Below the pieces are notes generated by a model. The model searched no databases. It was not told the DNA's origin and worked only from the letters and a program-made list of their open reading frames with translations. Below are positions 17,233 through 25,280 of a DNA stretch of 25,896 nt, one piece after another. Origin of the DNA: a virus (taxonomy: Duplodnaviria > Caudoviricetes); the IMG/VR virus record IMGVR_UViG_3300017761_007566, positions 1-25,896 of that record; one strand, 5' to 3'. The position numbers were made by a program, and so were the translations under genes. The stretch's first letter is position 1. Each line of letters begins with the position of its first letter.

Positions 17233-17266
17233 ATAAACCAAAAAAAATCATTAAAAATTATAAATA
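17228..17266 (+). promoter_or_regulatory. Two perfect T4 late promoters (TATAAATA) upstream of the sheath gene
   Basis: TATAAATA at 17228-17235 and 17259-17266; the second is 6 nt before ATG 17273. Confidence 0.8.
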
Positions 17267-17272
17267 ATTTAT

Positions 17273-19642
17273 ATGCCTAAGCGTACAATTCAAAGTCCTG
17301 GTGTTGAAATCAACGAAATCGATCTTTCATTACGTCCTCAAATCAACGTTCCCACAACGATGTTGATTCCGGGATTTTCTCCTCAAGGTCCTATTGATGA
17401 GATAATCCAACCCACCACCTTGAGTGAATTTGAATCAATTTACGGAAAACCCACAAATGCCGCAGAACGTTATTTTTATCATACCGTAAAGGCCGCTTTT
17501 CAAAGCCAGACCGAAGTGTTGGTGAGTCGCATGTCATATGGTAGCGGAAGTGGTGCAGGATTTACCGATTCGTTTTCTGCTCTCGTATATCCTGTCACAA
17601 GCTACAATGGTTCGTATCAAACCGATCAGGGAATCGTGGCTGCAACAGGTGGTGTGGGTCTTTCTGGAGCCAATACATATTTCTTGGGTCAGCCCACACA
17701 GATTCAATTGAATTCTACTGAATATCAAAGCATTCTGAATGGTTCCGCTTTCACCAGTTGGAAAAATTCTCCCACACAATTCAGCTTCACCAGTACTGGG
17801 GGAACAAAACTCACACAATTGGCAAATGCTGGATTGATTATTCTCAATAAAGCACAAACAAGCATAAACAACAAGTTTGAAGGATACTATGTTGGAACAA
17901 TTGACAACACCAATCTCAATCCTGCAACACAATTTGATGGAATTAATCGAGTCAATAGTATCGATTCTCGTGCAGAATCCACTTACAACTTCCTACAAGT
18001 TCCTTCCACAAGGTTGAATTTCCCTCTCAGTGCAACCCAATTTGGTACGGGAAACAGCATCAGTGAGATCATGGAAAACATTCCCCCATTTGACATCAGT
18101 ACCCGTCAATTTGATGATACTCTTGTTGTGGGATTGTTCAAACTGCGTCAAAGTGTGTTCGCACCAGATGTTATCAGTTTGGATTATATTCTTTCGGAAA
18201 GTTATGTGGGATCTCTAGATTATTGGAGACAAATCAATAGTGAAAATGGAGGCGCACCCATAACATTCTTTTTGGGAACGAGAGAAGACGATAGTCCCAA
18301 CATGTCGGTTCTAATCAATCCGTTTATAACAAACAGAAACACTCAAACTTGGTTGAATAGTGCAGGCAATCCCAACAAAAAGGTTCGGATGCTAATACCC
18401 AATCTTGCAAATCCTTTAGATTCTAACGGATTTGTGGACACAGAAACAACTTATGAAACCCGAGTGGGTGCACCCAGTGCTGTTGTTGCGGGAATGCTAA
18501 CCAATGGCATACTCCGACGGTCAGATGCTCTCTATCCCTTCGGCTCATTTGACAGCACTGTTACCAGCACCAAGTTAATCGGAAGCGTTCCCACCAAATT
18601 GGAACGGGTGTTTTCTCTATTGGAAAATCCCGATCTTTACAATCTAAGTTTGACCCTTGAAGCAGGGCTGGGAACCATCTTTGCTGCATCTACATACAAT
18701 AAAGATATTTTGAGTGGAGCAGATGTGTTTGATGACACAATTCCTCTTGATATGAGTGGATTTTACAGAACCAATAATGAAGCTTTGGATGGATATGCTC
18801 TGGCAATTCGAGAAAACTATAATACAGTAGCTAGTATATTCACCAACTTTGCACAAAATATTCGCAAAGACCACTTGTTTATTGCCGATCCTCTTCGCAA
18901 CATCTTTGTACAAGGAGAGAATAGCAAGGTTATCGATGATGAAAGTAAAAATTTCAATCAACACATCTATTGGCCTTTGCGTCATCTCTATTCGTTGCTA
19001 AACACCAGCTATGCTTGCACCTATGCCACCTGCCCCAAGGTATATGATGATGGATTGGGACGGCAAACATGGGTTCCTTTCTCAGGATTTGCAGGCGCAG
19101 CAATGGCAAATACTGACGATAACTTCCAACCTTGGTATGCTCCTGCAGGATTTACACGAGGTGTTCTACTTGGTGTGAATGATCTTGCTGTCTATCCCAC
19201 CCAAAAACACAGGGATCAGCTCTACAAGATCAATCTAAATCCTGTAGCATTTTTCCCTGCAGAAGGATTTGTTATCTTTGGTCAGAAAACTCTTCTAAAG
19301 AAGCCCAGCGCATTTGATCGTATCAATGTGCGCCGATTGTTTCTGTATCTAGAAGTTGCCACAAGAAATACTGTCAAATTCTTCCTGTTCGATCCAAACA
19401 CATTGTTTACTCGAACACAAGTAATCAACGTTCTAACACCAATATTCGAATTGGCAAAGAATACCCAAGGTGTTTACGACTACCTTATAATCTGTGACGA
19501 AAGGAATAATACCCCTGACGTGATCGATCAAAATGAGCTGGTTGTAGACATCTATATCAAGCCTGTGAGAGCCGCCGAGTTCATCTTGGTCAACTTCTAC
19601 GCAACTAGAACAGGTCAAGACTTCCAAGAGTTGGTGTCGTAA
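17273..19642 (+). CDS. gp18: Contractile tail sheath protein (T4 gp18-like)
   Basis: SPGVEINEIDLS N-terminus; PWYAPAGFTRG, RDQLYKINLNPV, FGQKTL, SAFDRINVRRLF, DIYIKPVRAAEFI. Confidence 0.95.
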   Translation: MPKRTIQSPGVEINEIDLSLRPQINVPTTMLIPGFSPQGPIDEIIQPTTLSEFESIYGKPTNAAERYFYHTVKAAFQSQTEVLVSRMSYGSGSGAGFTDSFSALVYPVTSYNGSYQTDQGIVAATGGVGLSGANTYFLGQPTQIQLNSTEYQSILNGSAFTSWKNSPTQFSFTSTGGTKLTQLANAGLIILNKAQTSINNKFEGYYVGTIDNTNLNPATQFDGINRVNSIDSRAESTYNFLQVPSTRLNFPLSATQFGTGNSISEIMENIPPFDISTRQFDDTLVVGLFKLRQSVFAPDVISLDYILSESYVGSLDYWRQINSENGGAPITFFLGTREDDSPNMSVLINPFITNRNTQTWLNSAGNPNKKVRMLIPNLANPLDSNGFVDTETTYETRVGAPSAVVAGMLTNGILRRSDALYPFGSFDSTVTSTKLIGSVPTKLERVFSLLENPDLYNLSLTLEAGLGTIFAASTYNKDILSGADVFDDTIPLDMSGFYRTNNEALDGYALAIRENYNTVASIFTNFAQNIRKDHLFIADPLRNIFVQGENSKVIDDESKNFNQHIYWPLRHLYSLLNTSYACTYATCPKVYDDGLGRQTWVPFSGFAGAAMANTDDNFQPWYAPAGFTRGVLLGVNDLAVYPTQKHRDQLYKINLNPVAFFPAEGFVIFGQKTLLKKPSAFDRINVRRLFLYLEVATRNTVKFFLFDPNTLFTRTQVINVLTPIFELAKNTQGVYDYLIICDERNNTPDVIDQNELVVDIYIKPVRAAEFILVNFYATRTGQDFQELVS

Positions 19643-19667
19643 TTCACGACTAGACGTTAATCTGTCA

Positions 19668-19710
19668 AAATATAACTTGCAAGTACCACAAATACTTGCA
19701 AGTTGTATTT
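19668..19710. repeat. 18-bp inverted repeat; each arm contains the perfect palindrome ACTTGCAAGT
   Basis: AAATATAACTTGCAAGTA-ccacaaa-TACTTGCAAGTTGTATTT, with one G-U pair. Confidence 0.85.
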
Positions 19711-19817
19711 CATATCCGATCAAAGCTTAAAAAATTATATAAAAAATAATCTGTTTACCAAAACGGATAATTTAGAGTCTGGGATTGCGGTAATATGGTA
19801 TTTTTAAAAGTATACAC

Positions 19818-19823
19818 TAAATA
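19818..19823 (+). promoter_or_regulatory. T4-late-like promoter core TAAATA
   Basis: 5-nt spacer to GTG 19829. Confidence 0.6.
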
Positions 19824-19828
19824 AGACT

Positions 19829-20233
19829 GTGATCAAAGTTATCAAAGTGTACCAAGAACAATCATACGATCCTTCCGCATTCATTACCCTTGCTTTGGAG
19901 TGCAGTGCTCAATTCAAATTGTTTCATTGGAAAACTTCTAGTTTTGCTCAACACGAAGCTTTCGATATAATAGGTAAAGAAACTGCAAAATTGTTTGACC
20001 GATTAGTGGAAACTCTATTGGGCCGTTATCGCAATTGTCCACATGTGCCTGTAACATTGCAACTTGTACCCTATTCCGAGGAGAATATTTTACAAAAAAT
20101 TAACCAGTATCTGGACGTTTTAACAGGAAAAAATGGATCAATTTTGAATCCTCAAGACAAGGATGTGCAAAATATTGTAGAAGAAATCGTTGCAAGTGTA
20201 AATAAATTGAAGTATTTGTTAACTTTAGAATAA
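19829..20233 (+). CDS. Dps/ferritin-like four-helix protein (DUF5856-like)
   Basis: KLFHWKTSSFAQHEAF...DRLVE..LGRY...EEIVASVNKLKYLLTL; the H, H, D, E spacing resembles a Dps ferroxidase centre. Confidence 0.7.
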   Translation: MIKVIKVYQEQSYDPSAFITLALECSAQFKLFHWKTSSFAQHEAFDIIGKETAKLFDRLVETLLGRYRNCPHVPVTLQLVPYSEENILQKINQYLDVLTGKNGSILNPQDKDVQNIVEEIVASVNKLKYLLTLE

Positions 20234-20236
20234 ATA
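20231..20236 (+). promoter_or_regulatory. T4-late-like promoter core TAAATA
   Basis: Overlaps the upstream TAA stop; 6-nt spacer to ATG 20243. Confidence 0.65.
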
Positions 20237-20242
20237 ATATAT

Positions 20243-20794
20243 ATGGCCGATACCCAACAAACAATTCAAAGCTTTTACAGAGTAGTAACCGAACGGGATT
20301 TCTCTCGTAAATTTAACTTCCGTGTTATCAACATCAATCCAGGAGATTCCAGCAGTCAAGTATATAATGAGGATGATCTTGTTTATGTTCGAACAGCTTC
20401 TCTTCCTGCTCGGGAAATCACTGAAGTAACCGTTCCTTTTATGGGATTGGATTTTCATATTCCTGGTAGTGCAAAATATCCTGGTTCAGAATCTTATGCG
20501 ATGGAATTTTATTGCGATCAAAAGAGCAATCTTCGTCAAAAGTTTGAAGATTGGACTAGAGATGTGTTTGATGACATCACCAGCACAGGTAATTATTTTG
20601 CAGCCAAACAAACTTCTGTTATAGATTTGGTGCAACTTGATAACCAATTGAATCGCACAAGCCAATATCAATTGGTTGGAGTATCTCCCCGCAACGTGGG
20701 ACCTCTGGAATATGATATGACCAATGGGGGTGAATTTGTAACATTTACCGTAACTGTCGCCTATCAATATTTCCGCAGAACCTTCCAAAGTTAA
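20243..20794 (+). CDS. gp19: Tail tube protein (T4 gp19-like)
   Basis: DFSRKFNFRV, RTASLPAREITEVTVPFMG, PG...Y, FYCD..LRQKFEDW, P..VG.LEY, FTVT.AYQY; located downstream of the sheath gene. Confidence 0.85.
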   Translation: MADTQQTIQSFYRVVTERDFSRKFNFRVININPGDSSSQVYNEDDLVYVRTASLPAREITEVTVPFMGLDFHIPGSAKYPGSESYAMEFYCDQKSNLRQKFEDWTRDVFDDITSTGNYFAAKQTSVIDLVQLDNQLNRTSQYQLVGVSPRNVGPLEYDMTNGGEFVTFTVTVAYQYFRRTFQS

Positions 20795-20804
20795 TATACT
20801 CGTC

Positions 20805-20844
20805 TAAATATTACCGGAGGATATTAGTATTAATAACCCGGTAA
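20805..20844 (+). promoter_or_regulatory. Late promoter (TAAATA 20805-20810) followed by a hairpin covering GGAGG and a candidate AUU start
   Basis: TTACCGG (20811-17) pairs with CCGGTAA (20838-44); inner TATTA/TAATA stem; GGAGG at 20816-20; in-frame ATT at 20829. Confidence 0.6.
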
Positions 20845-21752
20845 CAGACGCAATTCGTGGATTGCAAAGCAATGTTCGTGGCTTGGCCAATGGACAGAAT
20901 CCTCTATTTGCCCCTCAGTTAACCAGTCTTTACGGTTTTAACATACCAGGAGTTCCTCTTGTTAGTGCACAAGAGTACTTTTTGGTTCAAATGGAAAGCT
21001 GGTTTAGTTCAATTCCCCTGAATAGCCAATGGGTAGTTTTGATTGATCCGTATCCAAAGGCAATATCAACAGATATTATTCAAAATCTCGAATACGTTGG
21101 AGGAGATAAAAAAGGATGGGACGTGTCTCAACCCAAGGGAATTCTTACAAGCTATTTTTATCAGAAGGTTATGGGGTGTCTTTTCGCACAGGGAGTGAAT
21201 ATTCCCAATGAAAAATACGAAGTTCAAAATCTAACAATCAAAAATAATCGAGGATTTGTTCCTGGTCTTATTGCTGGAGAAAGAACTGGTTATACTGGAT
21301 TGCCTCTTGTGATAGAATTCCGAGAAACCAATACATCTTTTATGGATATGGTGATTCGTCCGTGGCTCATATTGGCAAGTCACTATGGTTTTGTTGCTCG
21401 TCCAGGGGGTGAGAATGACATACGCAACATAAAATCAACAATTACCATCATGCAGTACACTCGTTCATTCCAAAGAATAAGCCAAATACCTCGAAAAGTA
21501 TGGACTTTTTATAATTGTGTACCCACAGGATTGAGTGATCAGAGCTTGAGCTATTCACCCGATAGTGAATATGAAAAATATCAAACATTTTGGACATACA
21601 CAAACTATACAGTACATTCCAATCTGTACCTAGCTCTTCCCAACATCATTAATCGAATCAGTAATGGTACAGTTCCCAACATATCACCTTTTCAGAATGG
21701 TAATAGCCTAACCACTTCCAATCTTCCTAGTAATCCATTAGGTTTCTTCTAA
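20829..21752 (+). CDS. Tube-fold baseplate/tail-tube initiator (T4 gp54-like); probable non-AUG (ATT) start
   Basis: AQGVNIP, L.IEFRET...IRPW, IMQY, WTFYNCVP and FWTYTNY resemble the gp19/gp54 fold. The frame is open back to the stop at 20805. The listed TTG start at 20862 has no RBS. Confidence 0.6.
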   Translation: MNNPVTDAIRGLQSNVRGLANGQNPLFAPQLTSLYGFNIPGVPLVSAQEYFLVQMESWFSSIPLNSQWVVLIDPYPKAISTDIIQNLEYVGGDKKGWDVSQPKGILTSYFYQKVMGCLFAQGVNIPNEKYEVQNLTIKNNRGFVPGLIAGERTGYTGLPLVIEFRETNTSFMDMVIRPWLILASHYGFVARPGGENDIRNIKSTITIMQYTRSFQRISQIPRKVWTFYNCVPTGLSDQSLSYSPDSEYEKYQTFWTYTNYTVHSNLYLALPNIINRISNGTVPNISPFQNGNSLTTSNLPSNPLGFF

Positions 21753-21754
21753 TT

Positions 21755-22600
21755 ATGAAAAAATTTCTTTGCAAGGTACTCATACCTTCCACTGGAAAAC
21801 ATGTATATTTCCAAGAAATAGACTTTTCCACGAGCAAAACCATCAGCAAGTATATAAAAAACAATGATGTCTTGGGGTTTTCCCGATGTTTAGAAGATGT
21901 TGTAAAAACAAATGCACAAGAAAAGATAAAATATAATAATTTGGACATGTTGGCAATTTTATGTCAGCTTCGATCCTATTGTTATGGAGATGTTATAACA
22001 TTAACAGGGAGAAATGAAAAGGAACAGCCTGTTTCCTGCAAACATTACATTAATCGCATTTTAAATTTCACTTCGGATATAAAAGAATGTCAAACAGAAA
22101 CCTTTTGCACAAAAAATATAGAACTTTGCGTGGATATTCCTTATAATTTGATTTCCGATGCAACATTTGATGTGATATCTCGCAACATTCAGTATCTAAA
22201 AGTGGACAATGAGCAGATAAATTTCGAAAATATTAAAAATATTGAAAAGGAACAGCTTCTAGGAGTGTTGGATGCATCCTTTTCAGGCAAAATATTAAAA
22301 TATAATCAAAAAATAATAAAGATTTTGGAAAAAATTACACTATTTGAAGAAATGGACATTAAAGATTTTAAAAATATAACATTAAACCCTTATAATGAGA
22401 GCATTGCACACTATCTCCTAACCATTTTCAACTATGATTTGATGAATTTGTATGAATTGGAATACATTTTGATAAGAAGACTTAGGTTTTCTCTTGCCGA
22501 TCTGCAAAACATGACAGTTAATGAGGCAGAATTGCATCTCAATCTGTATAAAAAGGAATTACAGACAATGGAAGATATGCAAAAAAAGAATAACACTTGA
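21755..22600 (+). CDS. Baseplate hub assembly protein, gp26-like with a C-terminal gp51-like segment
   Basis: IPSTGKHVYF..., D...IL.QLRSY.YGD (gp26-like); LYELEYILIRRLRFSLADLQNMT..E (gp51-like). Confidence 0.55.
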   Translation: MKKFLCKVLIPSTGKHVYFQEIDFSTSKTISKYIKNNDVLGFSRCLEDVVKTNAQEKIKYNNLDMLAILCQLRSYCYGDVITLTGRNEKEQPVSCKHYINRILNFTSDIKECQTETFCTKNIELCVDIPYNLISDATFDVISRNIQYLKVDNEQINFENIKNIEKEQLLGVLDASFSGKILKYNQKIIKILEKITLFEEMDIKDFKNITLNPYNESIAHYLLTIFNYDLMNLYELEYILIRRLRFSLADLQNMTVNEAELHLNLYKKELQTMEDMQKKNNT

Positions 22601-22617
22601 AAACAATACAACTTGAG

Positions 22618-22623
22618 TAACTA
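22618..22623 (+). promoter_or_regulatory. Variant late promoter core TAACTA
   Basis: 5-nt spacer to ATG 22629, the same geometry as the TAAATA boxes. Confidence 0.45.
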
Positions 22624-22628
22624 ATTCT

Positions 22629-23405
22629 ATGGCAGAACTCAATTTGGATAAAGTTTTAGGAAAATTAAAAGAATACTCAAATTCTGATAAAATTGATTGT
22701 TTGGTTTTGAGTAAAAAGGAAAACAAATCATTCACATCTCTTACAGCCAAACAGCAAAAAGATCTGATTGAAGCGGCTGCATCTGGATCCAAGGCAGCAT
22801 TTCTTTATCCCAAAGCGATAAACACAATCCTATTGGAAAATTGTGAAGATAGAAGCTTATTGGTTAGTGATCGTGCTCTTATCGTATTGGCTTTGCGAGT
22901 ACATTCGTTTGGTTCTCTTCAGAAAATAGAAAAAAATGGCGAATTTATTGAAATAAATCTGCAAAAAATATTGGACAATTACGATAAAGATATTGATATA
23001 AAATATACAGAAACATTTTCACAAGGACCGATAAGCATAAACTGCAGTGTTCCCACCATCGAGCACGAAAATAAAGTTTTGGATTCTTATCTCAAATATC
23101 GTTCTGCAGAATTTGAAAATGACTCTAAAATACACAAATTGCTCAGTGAAATCTATATACTGGAAATAGCCAAGTACATTACCAGTATAGAAATAACAGA
23201 AAAGGAGCCAATTGTGTTGGATCTGAAAACACAAACGGTTAGCCAAAACATCAAAACAGTGGAAAGCCTTACAGCTTCATTGGTTCAGAAGATTTTGGGA
23301 TTTATTGCAAATATCAAGAATTTGGAAAATAATATCACCCAACAGAAGGTGGGTGAGCAAATCGTTGATCTGAACCTAGATACTTCTTTCTTCTCTAACG
23401 TCTAA
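22629..23405 (+). CDS. Baseplate hub protein, second gp26-like paralogue
   Basis: F..LTAKQQKDLI, DRALIVLALRVHSFG, C.VPT, and a C-terminal SFF. Confidence 0.55.
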   Translation: MAELNLDKVLGKLKEYSNSDKIDCLVLSKKENKSFTSLTAKQQKDLIEAAASGSKAAFLYPKAINTILLENCEDRSLLVSDRALIVLALRVHSFGSLQKIEKNGEFIEINLQKILDNYDKDIDIKYTETFSQGPISINCSVPTIEHENKVLDSYLKYRSAEFENDSKIHKLLSEIYILEIAKYITSIEITEKEPIVLDLKTQTVSQNIKTVESLTASLVQKILGFIANIKNLENNITQQKVGEQIVDLNLDTSFFSNV

Positions 23406-23420
23406 AAAGATATTTTTTAT

Positions 23421-23426
23421 TAAATA
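23421..23426 (+). promoter_or_regulatory. T4-late-like promoter core TAAATA
   Basis: 6-nt spacer to ATG 23433. Confidence 0.6.
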
Positions 23427-23432
23427 TTTTAG

Positions 23433-25268
23433 ATGACCAATGATGAGAGCATTAACCTGCTATCTTCGCTTTCCCAAGCAATAGACAAATTGGCATCTTT
23501 TGAGAAAAAAGATGCTAAAGGTAATACCATATCTACCGATGACGGAGATGTGAAATCCACACTCTCCACGAATGAAAAAAACCGATGGGCAACCATTTCA
23601 AAAATCCTAGCTAAAACATTCAAAGATGTGCTTTTCCCCAAGGGAGAAGAAAAGGTGGGACGACCAGAATTTCGAACAAAAGACAAGATAACCAAAGATG
23701 TGGCAATGCCTCCAATTTTTGAAAAGTTAAAAGAGAATAAATTTTTAAAATATCTTTTGGGTGCATTAGCATTACTGGCAGGAATTATTGCAGGGTTTAT
23801 TGCTGAGATAGCAAATTTATTTAGAAGATTAAAACTTTTTATACGAGAAACAAAATTAGGAAAGCTTCTTGAAGGTATTTTCAAAGAATTAAAGTTAAAA
23901 TTTTTAGAACTTTTAAAACCTATACGTGAAACAAAATTTGTAAAATTTATTGAAGATGCTTTAAAAGAAAAGGTTATTAAACCTATAGCTAATTTTTTTG
24001 AAACAATAGGACGTGTTTTTAAAATAATTGAAGGCGGAAAAGGACCATTACTCATTCTTAAAAAATTCCCAACATTATTCAAGTTTTTTGAAGAATTTAT
24101 TCGAAGTTTTTTTAAGATCATGGAATTAGGGATAAAAATAGGAAGAGGAATCGGAAAGTTCGTACCATATCTCAATATTATTCTGGCTGTTTTTGAAGTT
24201 GGTTATGGATTGTATCAAGCTTTCACAGATTCAAAACTAGCAGACAAATCATTTCTTCAAAAGATTATAACAGGATTTACGCAAGGATTATTAAACTTTT
24301 TTGACTTCTTTGAAATTTTTGGATTGGATTTGTTTAAGTTTGAAACTATCCGAGATAGAATTGAAGCCATATTCAAACCATTTCGGGAAGGAAAATGGTT
24401 GGAAGGATTGTTACAAATAGGAAATCAACTTTCATCTGTAATCATTTCTATATTTGGAAAGATAGCTGGCTGGATTATAGGTTGGTTTGATAAAGATTTG
24501 GGTGAAAAAATAATGGCATTTTTTGATAGATTTGATTTAGTGAAATTTTACGAAGCTATTTCAAAAAGAATAGCAAACATTTTTGAACCGATAATGAATC
24601 TTTTCAATTATATAGGAGAAAAAATCAGTCCGTACATAACTACAATATTAAATCTTTTGGGGGGTCCTGTTATGTGGGCATTCGAACTTCTTAAGAAAAC
24701 GTTTGAATATATTGCTCCTTTAATGAAAAAAATAGGTTCTTTGGCATCTAAATTTTTTAGTTATATAAAGAACTTTTTTATTATGATTTTCGATAGTATA
24801 AAATCTTTAGCTGACAAAATATCCAAGATTCCTTTCATGAAAAAAGTAGGGGAGGAATTAAAAGCCATAGCATCAGAATCACAAGTAACAGAAATGCCAA
24901 CACCAGTAACTGCCATAAAAACAGAAAATATAGTAACTGGAAAACAATCTAGTTCTCCATTTGAAAATATTGTTGATTCGGAAAAAACATTTGATATGAG
25001 TAGTTTTAACCCCGAATCCACATTTGATTCAAATACTTTTTCCGATTTTGGAAGCAGTTTGGATGAACTAGGTCAGCAAAATAAAATTACAAATAGAATC
25101 AATGTGGATCAGTTGCGCGAGTTTAAAACATTAAATCAAAAATTTGATACTCTTATTGCCCAACTATTGAATAGCAGGAATGTCATAAACAATGTGGTTA
25201 CACAAACATCTTCCAACAGCTTCCCACAAGCCACATCTGTGGCAGATATGAGGAATTCACACCGCTAA
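23433..25268 (+). CDS. Tape-measure/baseplate hub protein (T4 gp29-like position and size)
   Basis: 611 aa with long amphipathic F/I/L/K/G helices and hydrophobic segments; follows the gp26-like genes. Confidence 0.55.
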   Translation: MTNDESINLLSSLSQAIDKLASFEKKDAKGNTISTDDGDVKSTLSTNEKNRWATISKILAKTFKDVLFPKGEEKVGRPEFRTKDKITKDVAMPPIFEKLKENKFLKYLLGALALLAGIIAGFIAEIANLFRRLKLFIRETKLGKLLEGIFKELKLKFLELLKPIRETKFVKFIEDALKEKVIKPIANFFETIGRVFKIIEGGKGPLLILKKFPTLFKFFEEFIRSFFKIMELGIKIGRGIGKFVPYLNIILAVFEVGYGLYQAFTDSKLADKSFLQKIITGFTQGLLNFFDFFEIFGLDLFKFETIRDRIEAIFKPFREGKWLEGLLQIGNQLSSVIISIFGKIAGWIIGWFDKDLGEKIMAFFDRFDLVKFYEAISKRIANIFEPIMNLFNYIGEKISPYITTILNLLGGPVMWAFELLKKTFEYIAPLMKKIGSLASKFFSYIKNFFIMIFDSIKSLADKISKIPFMKKVGEELKAIASESQVTEMPTPVTAIKTENIVTGKQSSSPFENIVDSEKTFDMSSFNPESTFDSNTFSDFGSSLDELGQQNKITNRINVDQLREFKTLNQKFDTLIAQLLNSRNVINNVVTQTSSNSFPQATSVADMRNSHR

Positions 25269-25280
25269 AAGAGGAATAAT

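Noticed and set aside
14990-19642. Intein or intron in the terminase or sheath gene
   Set aside because: The terminase is of normal length with contiguous motifs. No intein splice motifs or homing-endonuclease signatures were seen. The extra sheath length looks like ordinary insertion domains.
19643-19817. CRISPR array or tRNA in the intergenic gap
   Set aside because: There are only two 10-bp palindromic copies 9 nt apart, no repeat-spacer periodicity, and no cloverleaf or T-loop consensus.
23429-24175. 248-aa antisense ORF within the tape-measure-like gene
   Set aside because: It lies entirely opposite a coherent gene, has no recognisable motifs or expression signals, and is explained by codon bias of the sense strand.
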